From NCBI RefSeq assembly GCF_003966335.1, contig NZ_CP034549.1, positions 2,520,001-2,552,000 on the forward strand: DNA of 32,000 bases. The letters run 5' to 3'. The stretch comes from Nonlabens ponticola. Its GTDB lineage: Bacteria > Bacteroidota > Bacteroidia > Flavobacteriales > Flavobacteriaceae. Below the pieces are notes generated by a model that was given only the letters and a program-made list of their open reading frames with translations, had not been told where the DNA came from and searched no databases. Below are positions 1 to 9,600 of this stretch, in pieces; the first letter of the stretch is position 1; each line of letters starts with the position of its first letter. The translations under genes were made by a program, and so were the position numbers.

Positions 1-112
1 TTCTTAAGATCTTGCACGAAAGTGATGAACACACATTATAATATTTCTTAGCTTACAAGGTCATAATCATACTTCTCAAATTTTGCTCTGTCCTAGTTTC
101 GACTAGTTCAAA

Positions 113-338
113 AACATTTTGAATACGAAAGTTAAATGAAACAGTCGTCGAACTTCAGTAATTTTACAACTCGTTTTAGATAATATTGGTTCTTGAAACG
201 ATTAAGAGAAAATGGAATTTAAAGCGACCTCGATAAATATCGCTTTTTTACTTTCTGAAATTATCCGCATATAGCATAACGTTTGGAATTGAATCATGTA
301 AATTATCTGTTTGATTTGACTTTCGTATTCAAAGTATT
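113..338. repeat. Imperfect inverted-repeat pair (113-144 vs 307-338) bounding a ~226-bp AT-rich non-coding segment. Could be a MITE-like element or a long stem-loop.
   Basis: Pairing by hand gives a 15-bp perfect core (118-132 TTTGAATACGAAAGT vs 319-333 ACTTTCGTATTCAAA). It extends to 28 of 32 complementary positions, with mismatches at 115, 117, 133 and 138. No ORF of 60 aa or more lies in the region. Confidence 0.5.
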
Positions 339-420
339 GGGTTATTTCCGAGCATTTCTTAGCTACTTCCGATTAAATTAAAATTTGACAGTACTATTGT
401 TAAGCTAGAGATTCAGATAT

Positions 421-1815
421 TTAATAAGAAACTTTACTAGGTTTTACACCCCACGGAACAGGTTGTAGTCCATGTTTCAATGTTGCGCCTTTTGTAGTGC
501 GATTATAGTATTCGCCATGGTATTCTAGGATATTAAGTAAGGCCAATTCTATGTACCATATGCACAGTTCTAATATCTCATATTTTGTACTCATGTCAAT
601 TTTATTCAACTTCATTCTTTTTTCGATTTGAGAATGAACTATCATATTACGAACTTCGGTTATCACATCCGGACCGTCTAATGCGCGTTTTTGTTCTGAG
701 ACATAAGAATTCAAACATTTTAATCCAAGAGGTACCTCTGTTTCAATACCTAGGTTTTTGACGATAAGTCTAATTTTGTTTGATGCTGAAATGGAGGATG
801 CATCTCTTCCTGATAGTAATCCTTTTTTCTCTACTATCCACCAATTATAAATTAGTTCTAAAGCAGTTTGAGCCATAATGATAGAACTTTCAGTAAAGCC
901 AACATTGTTATTAGCATTCAAGTACCAATGTATTGCCGTGAAAAGAAAATCTTCGTCATGTGGGTCGGACGCGACTTTCTTATAGTTTTTCCACAATTGA
1001 TCTATTGAAAGGTAAATTCTACTAGGACACCAGGTTTGCGGTAAACTAAACGGTTCTATGAGATAGCTTGTGTAATCCGTCCATAAAGGCTCGTCTTTGT
1101 TCAGACCTTGCGCCATGAATCCAGAAATACGTCTACCATTTATAAAAGAAAGGAAATTGTTTACCAGCCTGAAAATGCTTTGAGATTCACTTAAATTTAG
1201 TGGCTCCTTATGGCAGGTCAATTTACCTGATGCCAATATATCAAAACCTCCCAGATTTTCTAATCCTTTTAGTTTTTTATCGTAATCATATACAGAATCG
1301 ATAATGAACTTGTAATTCTCATCCCCAAATGTTAATCTTGATTTTGATGTTCTATTCTCAATAACTCCTATTTTTTTTTGGACTGGATAACCATACAGCC
1401 GCCGTAAGTTAGGTATCGAAAAAACTATCTCATTTACTTTTACCGATGGGTCGCCAGTATATGTCTCGAAGGCAAAAACACCCTCAAATGTTATACTACC
1501 AAAATTGTCAAAATTGACTAGAGTGAGAAATGCCTTGCCTGCAAGATTATCATTAATGACCACCTCAAAGTATTCAAGTTTCCTGAAAATCTCAAAACTG
1601 AATTTATTCAGAAGCTCCGGTTTACCCAAAAATCTTACACCAACCAATGGTAGCCAGTGAAATGAAAATTTACCAAGGCAGGAAATTGAAACATTGTCTG
1701 AAACTATTTCAAATCTTCCATCATGAATAATAATACTAGCATTAGTCGTGGGAAGGGTAATGTGTTCTATAATTGTTGGGTATCTGCTATCCGGATCCGT
1801 AATATCTGAGGTCAA
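421..1815 (-). CDS. Hypothetical protein with a C-terminal HEPN-type Rx4H motif. ApeA-like candidate RNase or abortive-infection protein.
   Basis: 464-codon ORF. R-N-M-I-V-H is encoded at 634-651 within the C-terminal third. The size and the layout (N-terminal domain plus C-terminal HEPN) fit my recollection of the ApeA family. The only canonical start after the in-frame TGA (1849-1851) is TTG at 1815, with no early ATG. Sampled lines are AT-rich (roughly 25-35% GC). Confidence 0.5.
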   Translation of the reverse strand: MTSDITDPDSRYPTIIEHITLPTTNASIIIHDGRFEIVSDNVSISCLGKFSFHWLPLVGVRFLGKPELLNKFSFEIFRKLEYFEVVINDNLAGKAFLTLVNFDNFGSITFEGVFAFETYTGDPSVKVNEIVFSIPNLRRLYGYPVQKKIGVIENRTSKSRLTFGDENYKFIIDSVYDYDKKLKGLENLGGFDILASGKLTCHKEPLNLSESQSIFRLVNNFLSFINGRRISGFMAQGLNKDEPLWTDYTSYLIEPFSLPQTWCPSRIYLSIDQLWKNYKKVASDPHDEDFLFTAIHWYLNANNNVGFTESSIIMAQTALELIYNWWIVEKKGLLSGRDASSISASNKIRLIVKNLGIETEVPLGLKCLNSYVSEQKRALDGPDVITEVRNMIVHSQIEKRMKLNKIDMSTKYEILELCIWYIELALLNILEYHGEYYNRTTKGATLKHGLQPVPWGVKPSKVSY

Positions 1816-1984
1816 AATATTATTATATCTGTTTATTGAAAAATTGCATCATTTAAAAGTATCGATCTACAACTGCATACTTGTTGGGACAATGCTTTAT
1901 TTGTAATACTTTTTTATAGCAATTCTCCATCCATTCGTTTAATGCATCCTTTGCAGACAAATAAATCATCTCAGTAAATTTCTA

Positions 1985-3949
1985 TTACCACTTCATTTTC
2001 TGCAACCTAACTGCATTTAAAATAGCAAGCAAGGCAACACCTACGTCTGCAAAAACGGCTTCCCACATTGTAGCAAGTCCACCGGCTCCTAAAATGAGAA
2101 CTATAATTTTTACGCCAAAGGCTAGAACAATATTTTGCCAAACAATACTTCTGGTAGAACGTCCTATTTTTATGGAGCGCGCAATTTTTGATGGTTGGTC
2201 ATTTTGAATGATAACATCTGCGGTCTCAATAGCGACGTCACTTCCTAAACCACCCATTGCCATTCCTACATCACTTGTTGCCAAAACTGGTGCATCGTTG
2301 ATACCATCGCCTATAAAAGCGACTGTTGTATCTGGTTGTGCTTTGAGTTTTTCTACTTCGTTAAGTTTATCTTCTGGCAACAAACCACCTTTTGCCCAAT
2401 CAATACCTAATTCTTTGGCTACTTGTTGGGTAATGGAATCTTTATCGCCCGACAACATTATGATTTTAGAAATACCAGCCTCGCGAATTTGCTTAATCGC
2501 CTGATGGGCATCTTCCTTGAGCTCATCTGCAATGGTTACGTAACCTGCAAATTTGCCGTCTATTCCTACCATCACTATGGATTCAACAATAGTATCAGTT
2601 TCGGAAGGGACATCAATGCTGTTTGAAGTCATTAATGCTTTGTTTCCTACCAGCACGGTTTTTCCGTTTACGGTTCCTTTCAGTCCTTTTCCTGCGATTT
2701 CAGTCACGTCGGTTGCATCATAGTCGGCACCTTCGGCTTTGTATTCCATTATGGCTTTGGCGATGGGATGTGTAGATTGCTCTTCCATTGCCATTAGGTA
2801 TTTCATAAAGTCCGCTTTCGCGAAAGCGGAATCATTTACAACTTCCTTAATTTTAAATACTCCTTTAGTAACCGTACCAGTTTTATCCATTACCACGGTA
2901 TTTACTTTAGTCATTGCATCCAAAAATGATGCGCCTTTAAACAGGATTCCGTTGCGAGATGCAGCACCCAATCCACCAAAATATCCTAGCGGAATGGATA
3001 TTACCAAAGCACAAGGACAAGAGATAACTAGAAAGATTAAAGCTCGATATAGCCAGTCTCTGAACACATAATCATCTACAACGAAATACGGTAAAAAGGT
3101 CAGACCTATGGCTAAGAAAACTACAATAGGCGTGTAAACACGAGCAAATTTTCTAATAAACAACTCGGTTTTAGATTTACGAGCGGTGGCATTCTGCACC
3201 ATATCTAGAATACGTGCGATAGAGCTGTCCTTGAACTCCTTAGTAGTTTCTACCTCAATAACTCCATCAAGATTGATACTTCCTGCAAATACAGATGCTC
3301 CTTTCTGGACGGTATCCGGTTTACTTTCTCCGGTAAGAGCAGCGGTATTGAAAGAACCTTTATCTGAAAGTAATATTCCATCAAGAGGCACTTTTTCTCC
3401 TACGCGTACTTGAATTTTTTCGCCTATCTCAACCGTCTCAGGATTAACCGAAATGAAGTCGCCATTTCGATATACTAACGCCTCATTAGGTCGCACATCT
3501 AATAAAGCCTTGATATTTCCTTTTGCTCGGTTAACCGCTGCTTGTTGAAATAATTCGCCCACGGCATAAAACAACATTACAGCTACACCTTCTGGGTATT
3601 CTCCTATGGCAAATGCGCCCAAAGTTGCAATGGACATTAAAAAGAACTCCGTAAAGAAATCTCCATTCTTAATACTGTTCCAACCTTCTTTTATTACAGG
3701 GAAGCCAACAGGGATATAAGCTACGGTGTACCATACGATTCTTACCCATCCTTTAAAGAAGGGAAAAGTGTCAAAATAATCAACTGCAATACCTATTATA
3801 AGCATAACAAAACTGAAAATTGCAGGTAAATATGTTTTCAAATTAGACACTTCGTCTGGACTGCTGTGATTGTGACCGTCATCGTGACTGTGCGCGCCTT
3901 TATGTTCTTTTGGGTCTATGTCGCGTAAATTTATTTTTTTCTTTTTCAT
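1985..3949 (-). CDS. Heavy-metal P1B-2-type ATPase (Zn/Cd/Pb-type) with a His-rich N-terminus
   Basis: Motifs present: CPCALVISIP (the TM6 CPC motif), DKTGTVT (phosphorylation site), GDGINDAP, a TM7 N...K pattern (WQNIVLAFGVK) and a TM8 D-x-G pattern (FADVGVA). N-terminus reads HKGAHSHDDGHNHSS. ATG at 3949. Confidence 0.93.
   Translation of the reverse strand: MKKKKINLRDIDPKEHKGAHSHDDGHNHSSPDEVSNLKTYLPAIFSFVMLIIGIAVDYFDTFPFFKGWVRIVWYTVAYIPVGFPVIKEGWNSIKNGDFFTEFFLMSIATLGAFAIGEYPEGVAVMLFYAVGELFQQAAVNRAKGNIKALLDVRPNEALVYRNGDFISVNPETVEIGEKIQVRVGEKVPLDGILLSDKGSFNTAALTGESKPDTVQKGASVFAGSINLDGVIEVETTKEFKDSSIARILDMVQNATARKSKTELFIRKFARVYTPIVVFLAIGLTFLPYFVVDDYVFRDWLYRALIFLVISCPCALVISIPLGYFGGLGAASRNGILFKGASFLDAMTKVNTVVMDKTGTVTKGVFKIKEVVNDSAFAKADFMKYLMAMEEQSTHPIAKAIMEYKAEGADYDATDVTEIAGKGLKGTVNGKTVLVGNKALMTSNSIDVPSETDTIVESIVMVGIDGKFAGYVTIADELKEDAHQAIKQIREAGISKIIMLSGDKDSITQQVAKELGIDWAKGGLLPEDKLNEVEKLKAQPDTTVAFIGDGINDAPVLATSDVGMAMGGLGSDVAIETADVIIQNDQPSKIARSIKIGRSTRSIVWQNIVLAFGVKIIVLILGAGGLATMWEAVFADVGVALLAILNAVRLQKMKW
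2811..2830. repeat. Iterated palindrome copy 1 (20-bp perfect: TCCGCTTTCGCGAAAGCGGA)
   Basis: Read directly. It is its own reverse complement and lies inside the ATPase CDS, encoding S-A-F-A-K-A-D. Confidence 0.97.
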
Positions 3950-4306
3950 CTATTTTGATATCCAAATTTTTGCTTGTTCTTTATCTTTTAAATCGAAGTA
4001 TTTTACTTCCGAGCTTGTGAAGAAATCGGTTGCTTTTGCTGCCCATTCTTGCCATTTTTTATTTCCAACGAATGCTAATTTGCCGTAATCCTTGATATGG
4101 GCTACATCAGTCTTGATGTCTTCCCAAAATCCTTTAATAGTATAACCTTCAAAATCTTCCATTTCAAAATAAAAGTCCACTTTGCGACCTTTGTCGATGA
4201 TTCGATGTATTTGTTTGTGAATGGTCTTTAAATTTTCTTCGTTCAATTTGCCTGAGAGCCTTGCTGCAATCAAGTTCTCTTTATTCGTATCTATAGACTG
4301 TATCAT
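3950..4306 (-). CDS. STAS/SpoIIAA-like (DUF3478-type) small protein
   Basis: 118 aa. The pattern ...DFEGYTIKGFWEDIK...DYGKLAFVGNKKWQEW...VKYF...A..W matches the SpoIIAA-like family as I recall it. Its stop codon abuts the ATPase start, with no gap. Confidence 0.65.
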   Translation of the reverse strand: MIQSIDTNKENLIAARLSGKLNEENLKTIHKQIHRIIDKGRKVDFYFEMEDFEGYTIKGFWEDIKTDVAHIKDYGKLAFVGNKKWQEWAAKATDFFTSSEVKYFDLKDKEQAKIWISK

Positions 4307-4346
4307 AACTTCTTATTTTTAAGTGTTCAAAGTACAAGTTTAAACC

Positions 4347-4363
4347 GTGCAACGGAAGTGCAA
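4347..4363 (-). promoter_or_regulatory. Direct repeat TTGCAC-N5-TTGCAC (minus-strand reading); candidate operator overlapping a -33 region
   Basis: The plus strand reads GTGCAAcggaaGTGCAA. The site lies in the 57-nt gap between the Fur-like stop and the STAS start. It is 12 nt upstream of a near-consensus -7 box (minus strand TACTTTG, 4328-4334). The same motif occurs at 11557-11573. Confidence 0.45.
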
Positions 4364-4780
4364 TTATCGTCCACTACATTTTTCGCATATTCCTTTAAGT
4401 ACCAAGTTGGCATCTTCGGCCACGTACCCATCAGGCAAATTGATATGTGGTATTTTATGCTCTGTCAGACATACGGTCTCATCGCAATTATGGCAATGAA
4501 AATGCAAGTGTAAATCTTGTTCTAATTCGCAATTACATCCAGGTTCACATAAAGCATACTTGGTAATGCCTGTGCCGTCTTCTATGTAATGTACGATTCC
4601 TTTTTCTTCAAAAGTTTTTATGGTTCTGTAAAGCGTTGTGCGTTCCGCTTTCGCGAAAGCGGACTCAATATCCGTTAGTGCTACCGCAACTTCCTTTTCA
4701 GCCAAATATTTATAAATCAAAATGCGCATCGCTGTAGGACGCACTTGATGATTCTCTAATGTTTTTTCTATTTCGGTCAT
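4364..4780 (-). CDS. Fur-family (Zur-like) metalloregulator
   Basis: The winged-helix segment RPTAMRILIYKYL...TTLYRTIKTFEEKGIV is followed by a Cys/His-rich C-terminus (HFHCHNCDETVCL ... GICEKC). Start is taken at ATG 4780, because the longer ORF to 4948 overlaps the upstream CDF gene. Confidence 0.85.
   Translation of the reverse strand: MTEIEKTLENHQVRPTAMRILIYKYLAEKEVAVALTDIESAFAKAERTTLYRTIKTFEEKGIVHYIEDGTGITKYALCEPGCNCELEQDLHLHFHCHNCDETVCLTEHKIPHINLPDGYVAEDANLVLKGICEKCSGR
4644..4663. repeat. Iterated palindrome copy 2 (20-bp perfect, identical to copy 1)
   Basis: Read directly. It lies inside the Fur-like CDS, encoding E-S-A-F-A-K-A-E. Confidence 0.97.
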
Positions 4781-4782
4781 TG

Positions 4783-5415
4783 TTATTTCAGATTGCTTTT
4801 GATTTTTTTTGCCTTCGATAAAGCTTCCCATCCTTCTTTTGCTGCGTATGGAACAATCAGCAGCGCAGCAATTGGGTCTGCCCACCACCAGCCTAACCAA
4901 TTCACAAGTAGTAATCCTAATAAAACTACTACCGTTTGATAAAGGCAAATAAATGTATCCTTTGCATCAGCTTTTAGAGCTGGACTGTCCAATCTGTTAC
5001 CATATTTCCTTTTGTAATAAATCAAAATGGGATTTACGATTAAGGATATTACTAATATCACAACCCCAATAGTTGACCAAGATGCGGTTTCTTGACTTAT
5101 TAATTTAGATATGGAATCATAGGATATAAAGGCACAGATGAGCGCAAAAGAGATTGCAATGACATAAAGCGTTATCATTTTTCGCGTTTCTACACGTTTC
5201 TCATCTATTCCTTTGATTTCGCCGTGCAACCGCCAGCCCAATGTTCCAGCACTTATTACCTCGATGGTGCTGTCAAGTCCCCAGCCAATTAAGGCAGAGC
5301 TGTTTGATGTAAATCCTGCGATAAGCGATACGACCACTTCAATGATGTCATAGATGACGTTCCATATCTGTAGGGTTCTGGCTTCTTTTAAATTTCTCTT
5401 CCTCGTTTTTTTCAT
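4783..5415 (-). CDS. Short cation-diffusion-facilitator-like transporter (membrane domain only)
   Basis: 210 aa with about 5-6 hydrophobic helices. CDF-like elements: IEVVVSLIAGFTSNSSALIGWGLDS and DAKDTFICLY ... WWADPIAALLI. It sits in the czc-like operon. Confidence 0.65.
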   Translation of the reverse strand: MKKTRKRNLKEARTLQIWNVIYDIIEVVVSLIAGFTSNSSALIGWGLDSTIEVISAGTLGWRLHGEIKGIDEKRVETRKMITLYVIAISFALICAFISYDSISKLISQETASWSTIGVVILVISLIVNPILIYYKRKYGNRLDSPALKADAKDTFICLYQTVVVLLGLLLVNWLGWWWADPIAALLIVPYAAKEGWEALSKAKKIKSNLK

Positions 5416-5420
5416 ATCTC

Positions 5421-6647
5421 CTAATGTGAGTGTTCTGTATCGCCTTTGTTCATTTCTGCCATAAGGTAATAGGAATTATTAAATGCAAAACGTGTTTTTG
5501 GACTTGGGGTTTCAAAAAAACGTATCGCTATCCAGTCACCATCTTTTTCGCCAGTCATAACTTCTATGGGTGTAAAACTCCACGCATCGCCTTCCCTTTG
5601 CGCTGTAAATACATACGTCTTTCCAGCTTCTGTAACTACGGCACTTTCTGGTAGTGCTATAGTCTGCTGGTTGTCAACTTCAATTTTACCTTTTATATAC
5701 ATTCCAGGTATAAGACCGCCTTCTTTGTTCTCAATTTCAGCGTGAACGTGCACTGCTTTGGGATCTTGTTCGAAGGTCTGGCTGACTGAATAAATTTCGG
5801 CTTCCAGTTCTTTTCCTGGACGCGATTGAATACTAAAGCGCACTTTTTGTCCTTTCTTTACTTTATCTACATCTTTTTCAAAAACCATTAAATCTGCGTG
5901 TACGTGGTCTGTGTCTACTATTTCCATCAGATTGGTCTGTGGCTCTACATACTGCCCAGTTTTTATAAATACCTTTTCTACAACACCTGCAATGGGACTG
6001 CGTAATGCCACACGCTGGTAAATCGTACCATTGCGCACGCCACTTGCATTGATGTTGTACTGTCGCAATTGCGCTTCAAGGCCTTTTACCATTGCCGTAG
6101 ATGCCTGATAGTCTGCGGTGGCCTTTTGATAATTCATACCAGATGCCACGCCAGCTTCATAAAGTCTTTTTTGACGTTCGTATTCTTGTTTTAAAAAAAG
6201 ACTGTTGCTGTATGCATTTAGGTAATCACTCTGTATCTGTATAATACTGGGATGTGAGAGGTATGCTACCGCTTGATTTTTTTTAACCTCGTCGCCTTCA
6301 ATTACTTCTATGGAAGCCACATTTGCTCCCGCAAGCGTGGTAATATTAGCTTCGTTTTGTGGTGGCACTTCAAGCGTTCCGTTTGCTTCTACGTAACCGC
6401 TCATATTGCGCTGCGCAAGAGTGTCAATTTCCATTTGTAAGGCTACAAACTGTTCTTGCGTAAGCATTACTTCTTTAGCCTCGCCTTCGGTATGGTTTTC
6501 TTCATCAGTTTCACCTTCAGAATGGTTTTTTTCTGTTTCAGAATGGGTGGCTTCATCGTGGCCATCTTCAGTTTTTGAGTCGCCACAACTGGTCAATAAT
6601 AATGCTAGTAGCATCGTTTTAACAGGTATATATTTTATCGTTTTCAT
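5421..6647 (-). CDS. RND efflux periplasmic adaptor (CzcB/HlyD-type) lipoprotein with a His/Glu-rich N-terminal tract
   Basis: Lipobox LLLTSCGD. The tract DGHDEATHSETEKNHSEGETDEENHTEGE follows, then coiled-coil and barrel-sandwich-like sequence (SPIAGVV..V....G..V). Start is taken at ATG 6647, 4 nt after the upstream stop; the ORF-track start at 6677 would overlap. Confidence 0.85.
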   Translation of the reverse strand: MKTIKYIPVKTMLLALLLTSCGDSKTEDGHDEATHSETEKNHSEGETDEENHTEGEAKEVMLTQEQFVALQMEIDTLAQRNMSGYVEANGTLEVPPQNEANITTLAGANVASIEVIEGDEVKKNQAVAYLSHPSIIQIQSDYLNAYSNSLFLKQEYERQKRLYEAGVASGMNYQKATADYQASTAMVKGLEAQLRQYNINASGVRNGTIYQRVALRSPIAGVVEKVFIKTGQYVEPQTNLMEIVDTDHVHADLMVFEKDVDKVKKGQKVRFSIQSRPGKELEAEIYSVSQTFEQDPKAVHVHAEIENKEGGLIPGMYIKGKIEVDNQQTIALPESAVVTEAGKTYVFTAQREGDAWSFTPIEVMTGEKDGDWIAIRFFETPSPKTRFAFNNSYYLMAEMNKGDTEHSH

Positions 6648-6651
6648 CTTT

Positions 6652-9600
6652 TTAGTTTTGGAAATATTGTAGTTCAAACAAGGCTTTTAAATAATTATCG
6701 AGTGCATCTAGCGCATCCATTTCAGTCTGGATGGCATCCCTGATGATTTGTGTGAATGCCGCATAGTCCAGCGCTCCTTCTTTATATGCCAGCAACGCAC
6801 CCTTTCGCTGGTCTATGGCAAGCGGCAGCGCTTCGGTTTTATAGAAAAACCAAGTGTCCCGCCATCGCACATAATTTTGCATCGCTTGTGTATATTGAGA
6901 TTGTAACTCACGCTGTTTATAGGCTGCATCGGTTTCTGCAATCTGTGTATCCAGTTTTGCAGCTTTTGCGCGGCTGCGGTCTGGGCCAGAAAACAGCGGA
7001 ACGGTAATACCCACTTGATAGGTGTAGAAACCGCTATCGCCATTTACTCGTTGCAGACCACCTTGCAGATTGAACTTGGGCAATAGATTTACCCTTGCTG
7101 CATCATAGCTTGCCTGTGCTTCGTCTATACGCTTTCGCGAAAGCGATAATTCGGGATGATCATTCAATATTTCAACTGTCTCTGAAATCGAAATTTCATC
7201 AGCTTCCAATTCATCAGTAACGGTGTACATCGTATCTGGTGTCAACCATAGGTTGAGTTTTTGAAGAGCGATCAAATAGTCTGTTTCTGCCTGTTGAAAT
7301 TTATTATTGACCCGCAAAGCTTGATTGCGCGCAGCATCATATTCCAGCCTTGAAATGGCTTCCACTTCATAATTGAGTTCTACAGATTGTGCAAACTGAT
7401 TGTAAATACTGTCCAATTCTCGGTACAAGAGGAACTTCTTTTTTGCCTGAAAACCTTCTGACCAGGCTTTTTTAACTTCCCGTTCTACCAGGATTTTAGA
7501 AAGGTCAAATGCCGTTTGTGCCAACTCGATCCGTTGTTGTTGTAAACGTTCCTTGGCACCTATTCCCAGTAGATCAATATTCTGCTGTCCGATGCCTATC
7601 AAGGTATAAATGCCCTGACCATTGGCTACTTCCTCACCACCAGTAAATACCTGTGTATTTCCGAAATCATAAGCATTGCCTGTGAGTGCATTCTGTCTTT
7701 CAATTTCGAGTTGGCTCGTTTTAAGTACAGGGTAATTCTCTTTGGCAATTTCAACCGCTCGTGATAGTGTGATGGGTATGATACTGTCCTGAACAATACT
7801 ATCCTGCAAAGGTGCTTGTGATTGTTTCGCTTTTTCTTCGACTGCTCTCTGGGCAGATGCCCAAGAGGTACCACCTAACATAAAACCAAGTATCAAAATT
7901 GTAGTCAACGCTTGCGTATTAAACGAACCAATCTTTTTCTGGTCTTTGCGCTCGCGTCTCTTTTCTATAAACGTATAGAGCACGGGAAGAACGACCAACG
8001 TGAGTAGCGTCGCTGTAAGCATACCACCGATAACCACTGTAGCTAGTGGTTGCTGCACCTCTGCACCAGCAGATGTGGAAAACGCCATAGGTAAAAAGCC
8101 AAAGATATCTGTAGTAGCCGTGAGCATAATGGGACGAATACGTTCTTTAGTCCCTTTAAATATTCTATCCTTTATACTTACGACACCTTCTTCTTTTAAA
8201 GAATTGAATCGGTTAATAAGTACCAGCCCGTTGAGAACTGCGACACCGAATAGCACAATAAATCCTACACCCGCCGAAATACTAAAAGGCATATCTCTCA
8301 ACCATAAGGCAAACACACCACCGATGGCCGCCAAGGGTATCGCGATGTAAATCATTAAAGATTGTGAAAAGGATTTTAGAGCAAAGTACAGCAGTATGAA
8401 TATTAAAAACAGAGCGATAGGCACAACGATTATCAAACGATCCTTTGCACTTTGCAGATTCTCAAATTCGCCACCATAGGTAATATAATAGCCCGATGGC
8501 AGATCCAGTTCTTCATCTAATCTTTTCTGAATGTCTTTTACTACAGATTCCACATCCCTTCCTCGAGCATTTACACCTACATAGGTTCTTCTATACGTAT
8601 TATCACGTGAGATTTGCATAGGTCCAGGCACGTATTCAATCTCGGCTATTTCGATAATGGGCACCTGATTTCCATCCTTAAGATCGATATACATATTGCG
8701 CAGGTCATCAATACTTTTTCTATGGCTTTCATCAAATCGTACCACGAGGTCAAATCGTTTCTCGCCCTCAAAAATGACACCAGCCGTACCACCTGCAAAT
8801 GCAGTACTTATGTAATCATTGACTTTTTGAATATCCAGTCCATATTGCGCCATTTTATCTCGCCTAAATTTTACGGTCATCTGTGGTAATCCAGCTGTAC
8901 GTTCTGCACTCACATCGCCAGCACCAGGAACAGTCTGTATAATAGCTGCCATTTCCTGAACCTTTTTTGACAATACCTCTAAATCTTCGCCATAAAGCTT
9001 TACCGCAATGTCTTCTCTCACACCTTCTAAAAGCTCGTTAAACCGCAGCTCTACAGGTTGAGTAAATACTAAATTCACACCCACGAGTTCTTCATTCAAT
9101 TTATCTCTAATGGCATCTATCAAACCTTCTTTAGTAGAGGCGGTTGTCCAGTCATCCATATCCTTATTAAGGATGATGTACATATCTGCAATGTCCATAG
9201 GCATAGGATCTGTAGGAATATCTGCTACACCTATACGCGCTGTGACTGTTTTAATTTCAGGGAAATTATCTAATAGAATGTTTTCTATTTTTTTGGAAAC
9301 TTCAATGGATTCTGACAGCGAACTTCCTGGTCTTATGAGGGCCTGCATTGCTAAATCTCCTTCATCGAGCTGCGGCACAAATTCTCCACCCATATTAGAA
9401 AAGATAAAACCTGCGATGACAAGTAAAACTGCCGCGGCTGATAGAACGATTAGTTTTAGCTTTAGTGCTCCCTCTAACAATGGCATATATGCACTATGAA
9501 CAGCACCTATTATTTTATCACTTAATTTTTCGAGCCAGCACTCAAACCTACTGAACCAGTTTTTGGTGTTTTGTACTGGTTTCATAAAAAGCGCAGACAT

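Noticed and set aside
221-250. Weak hairpin AAAGCGA(12 nt)TCGCTTT followed by TTTT, a possible plus-strand terminator
   Set aside because: The stem is only 7 bp with a large loop. No plus-strand gene within the window would use it. It is mentioned only as part of the inverted-repeat-bounded segment.
2208-3413. Plus-strand ORFs of 67-110 aa (2208-2504, 2423-2626, 2739-3071, 3186-3413) opposite the P-type ATPase. Similar plus-strand ORFs lie opposite czcA (8000-10380), copA (15596-17650), the permease (18337-19104), the MCO (21858-22347, 22836-23039), TolC (24364-24781), cusA (25179-28910), the CusB-like gene (13740-13922, 14624-15083), the TOPRIM gene (12317-12562) and the nuclease-motif gene (31237-31647).
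   Set aside because: They lie entirely antisense to long ORFs that carry unambiguous family motifs. Their products are low-complexity and Ser/Ile/Leu-rich, as is typical of shadow frames. None has a recognisable motif.
4781-4948. N-terminal extension of the Fur-like ORF (194-aa version)
   Set aside because: It overlaps the 3' end of the CDF gene by 166 nt and encodes no Fur-like sequence. The internal ATG at 4780 lies 2 nt after the CDF stop and yields a normal 138-aa Fur-family protein.
6813-7043. Minus-strand alternative-frame ORFs inside larger genes (6813-7043, 7626-7874, 17535-17792, 22769-22987, 25419-25857, 26581-26781, 28558-28752, 29078-29305)
   Set aside because: They are nested out of frame within well-supported CDSs and have no motifs. 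They are most likely chance ORFs.
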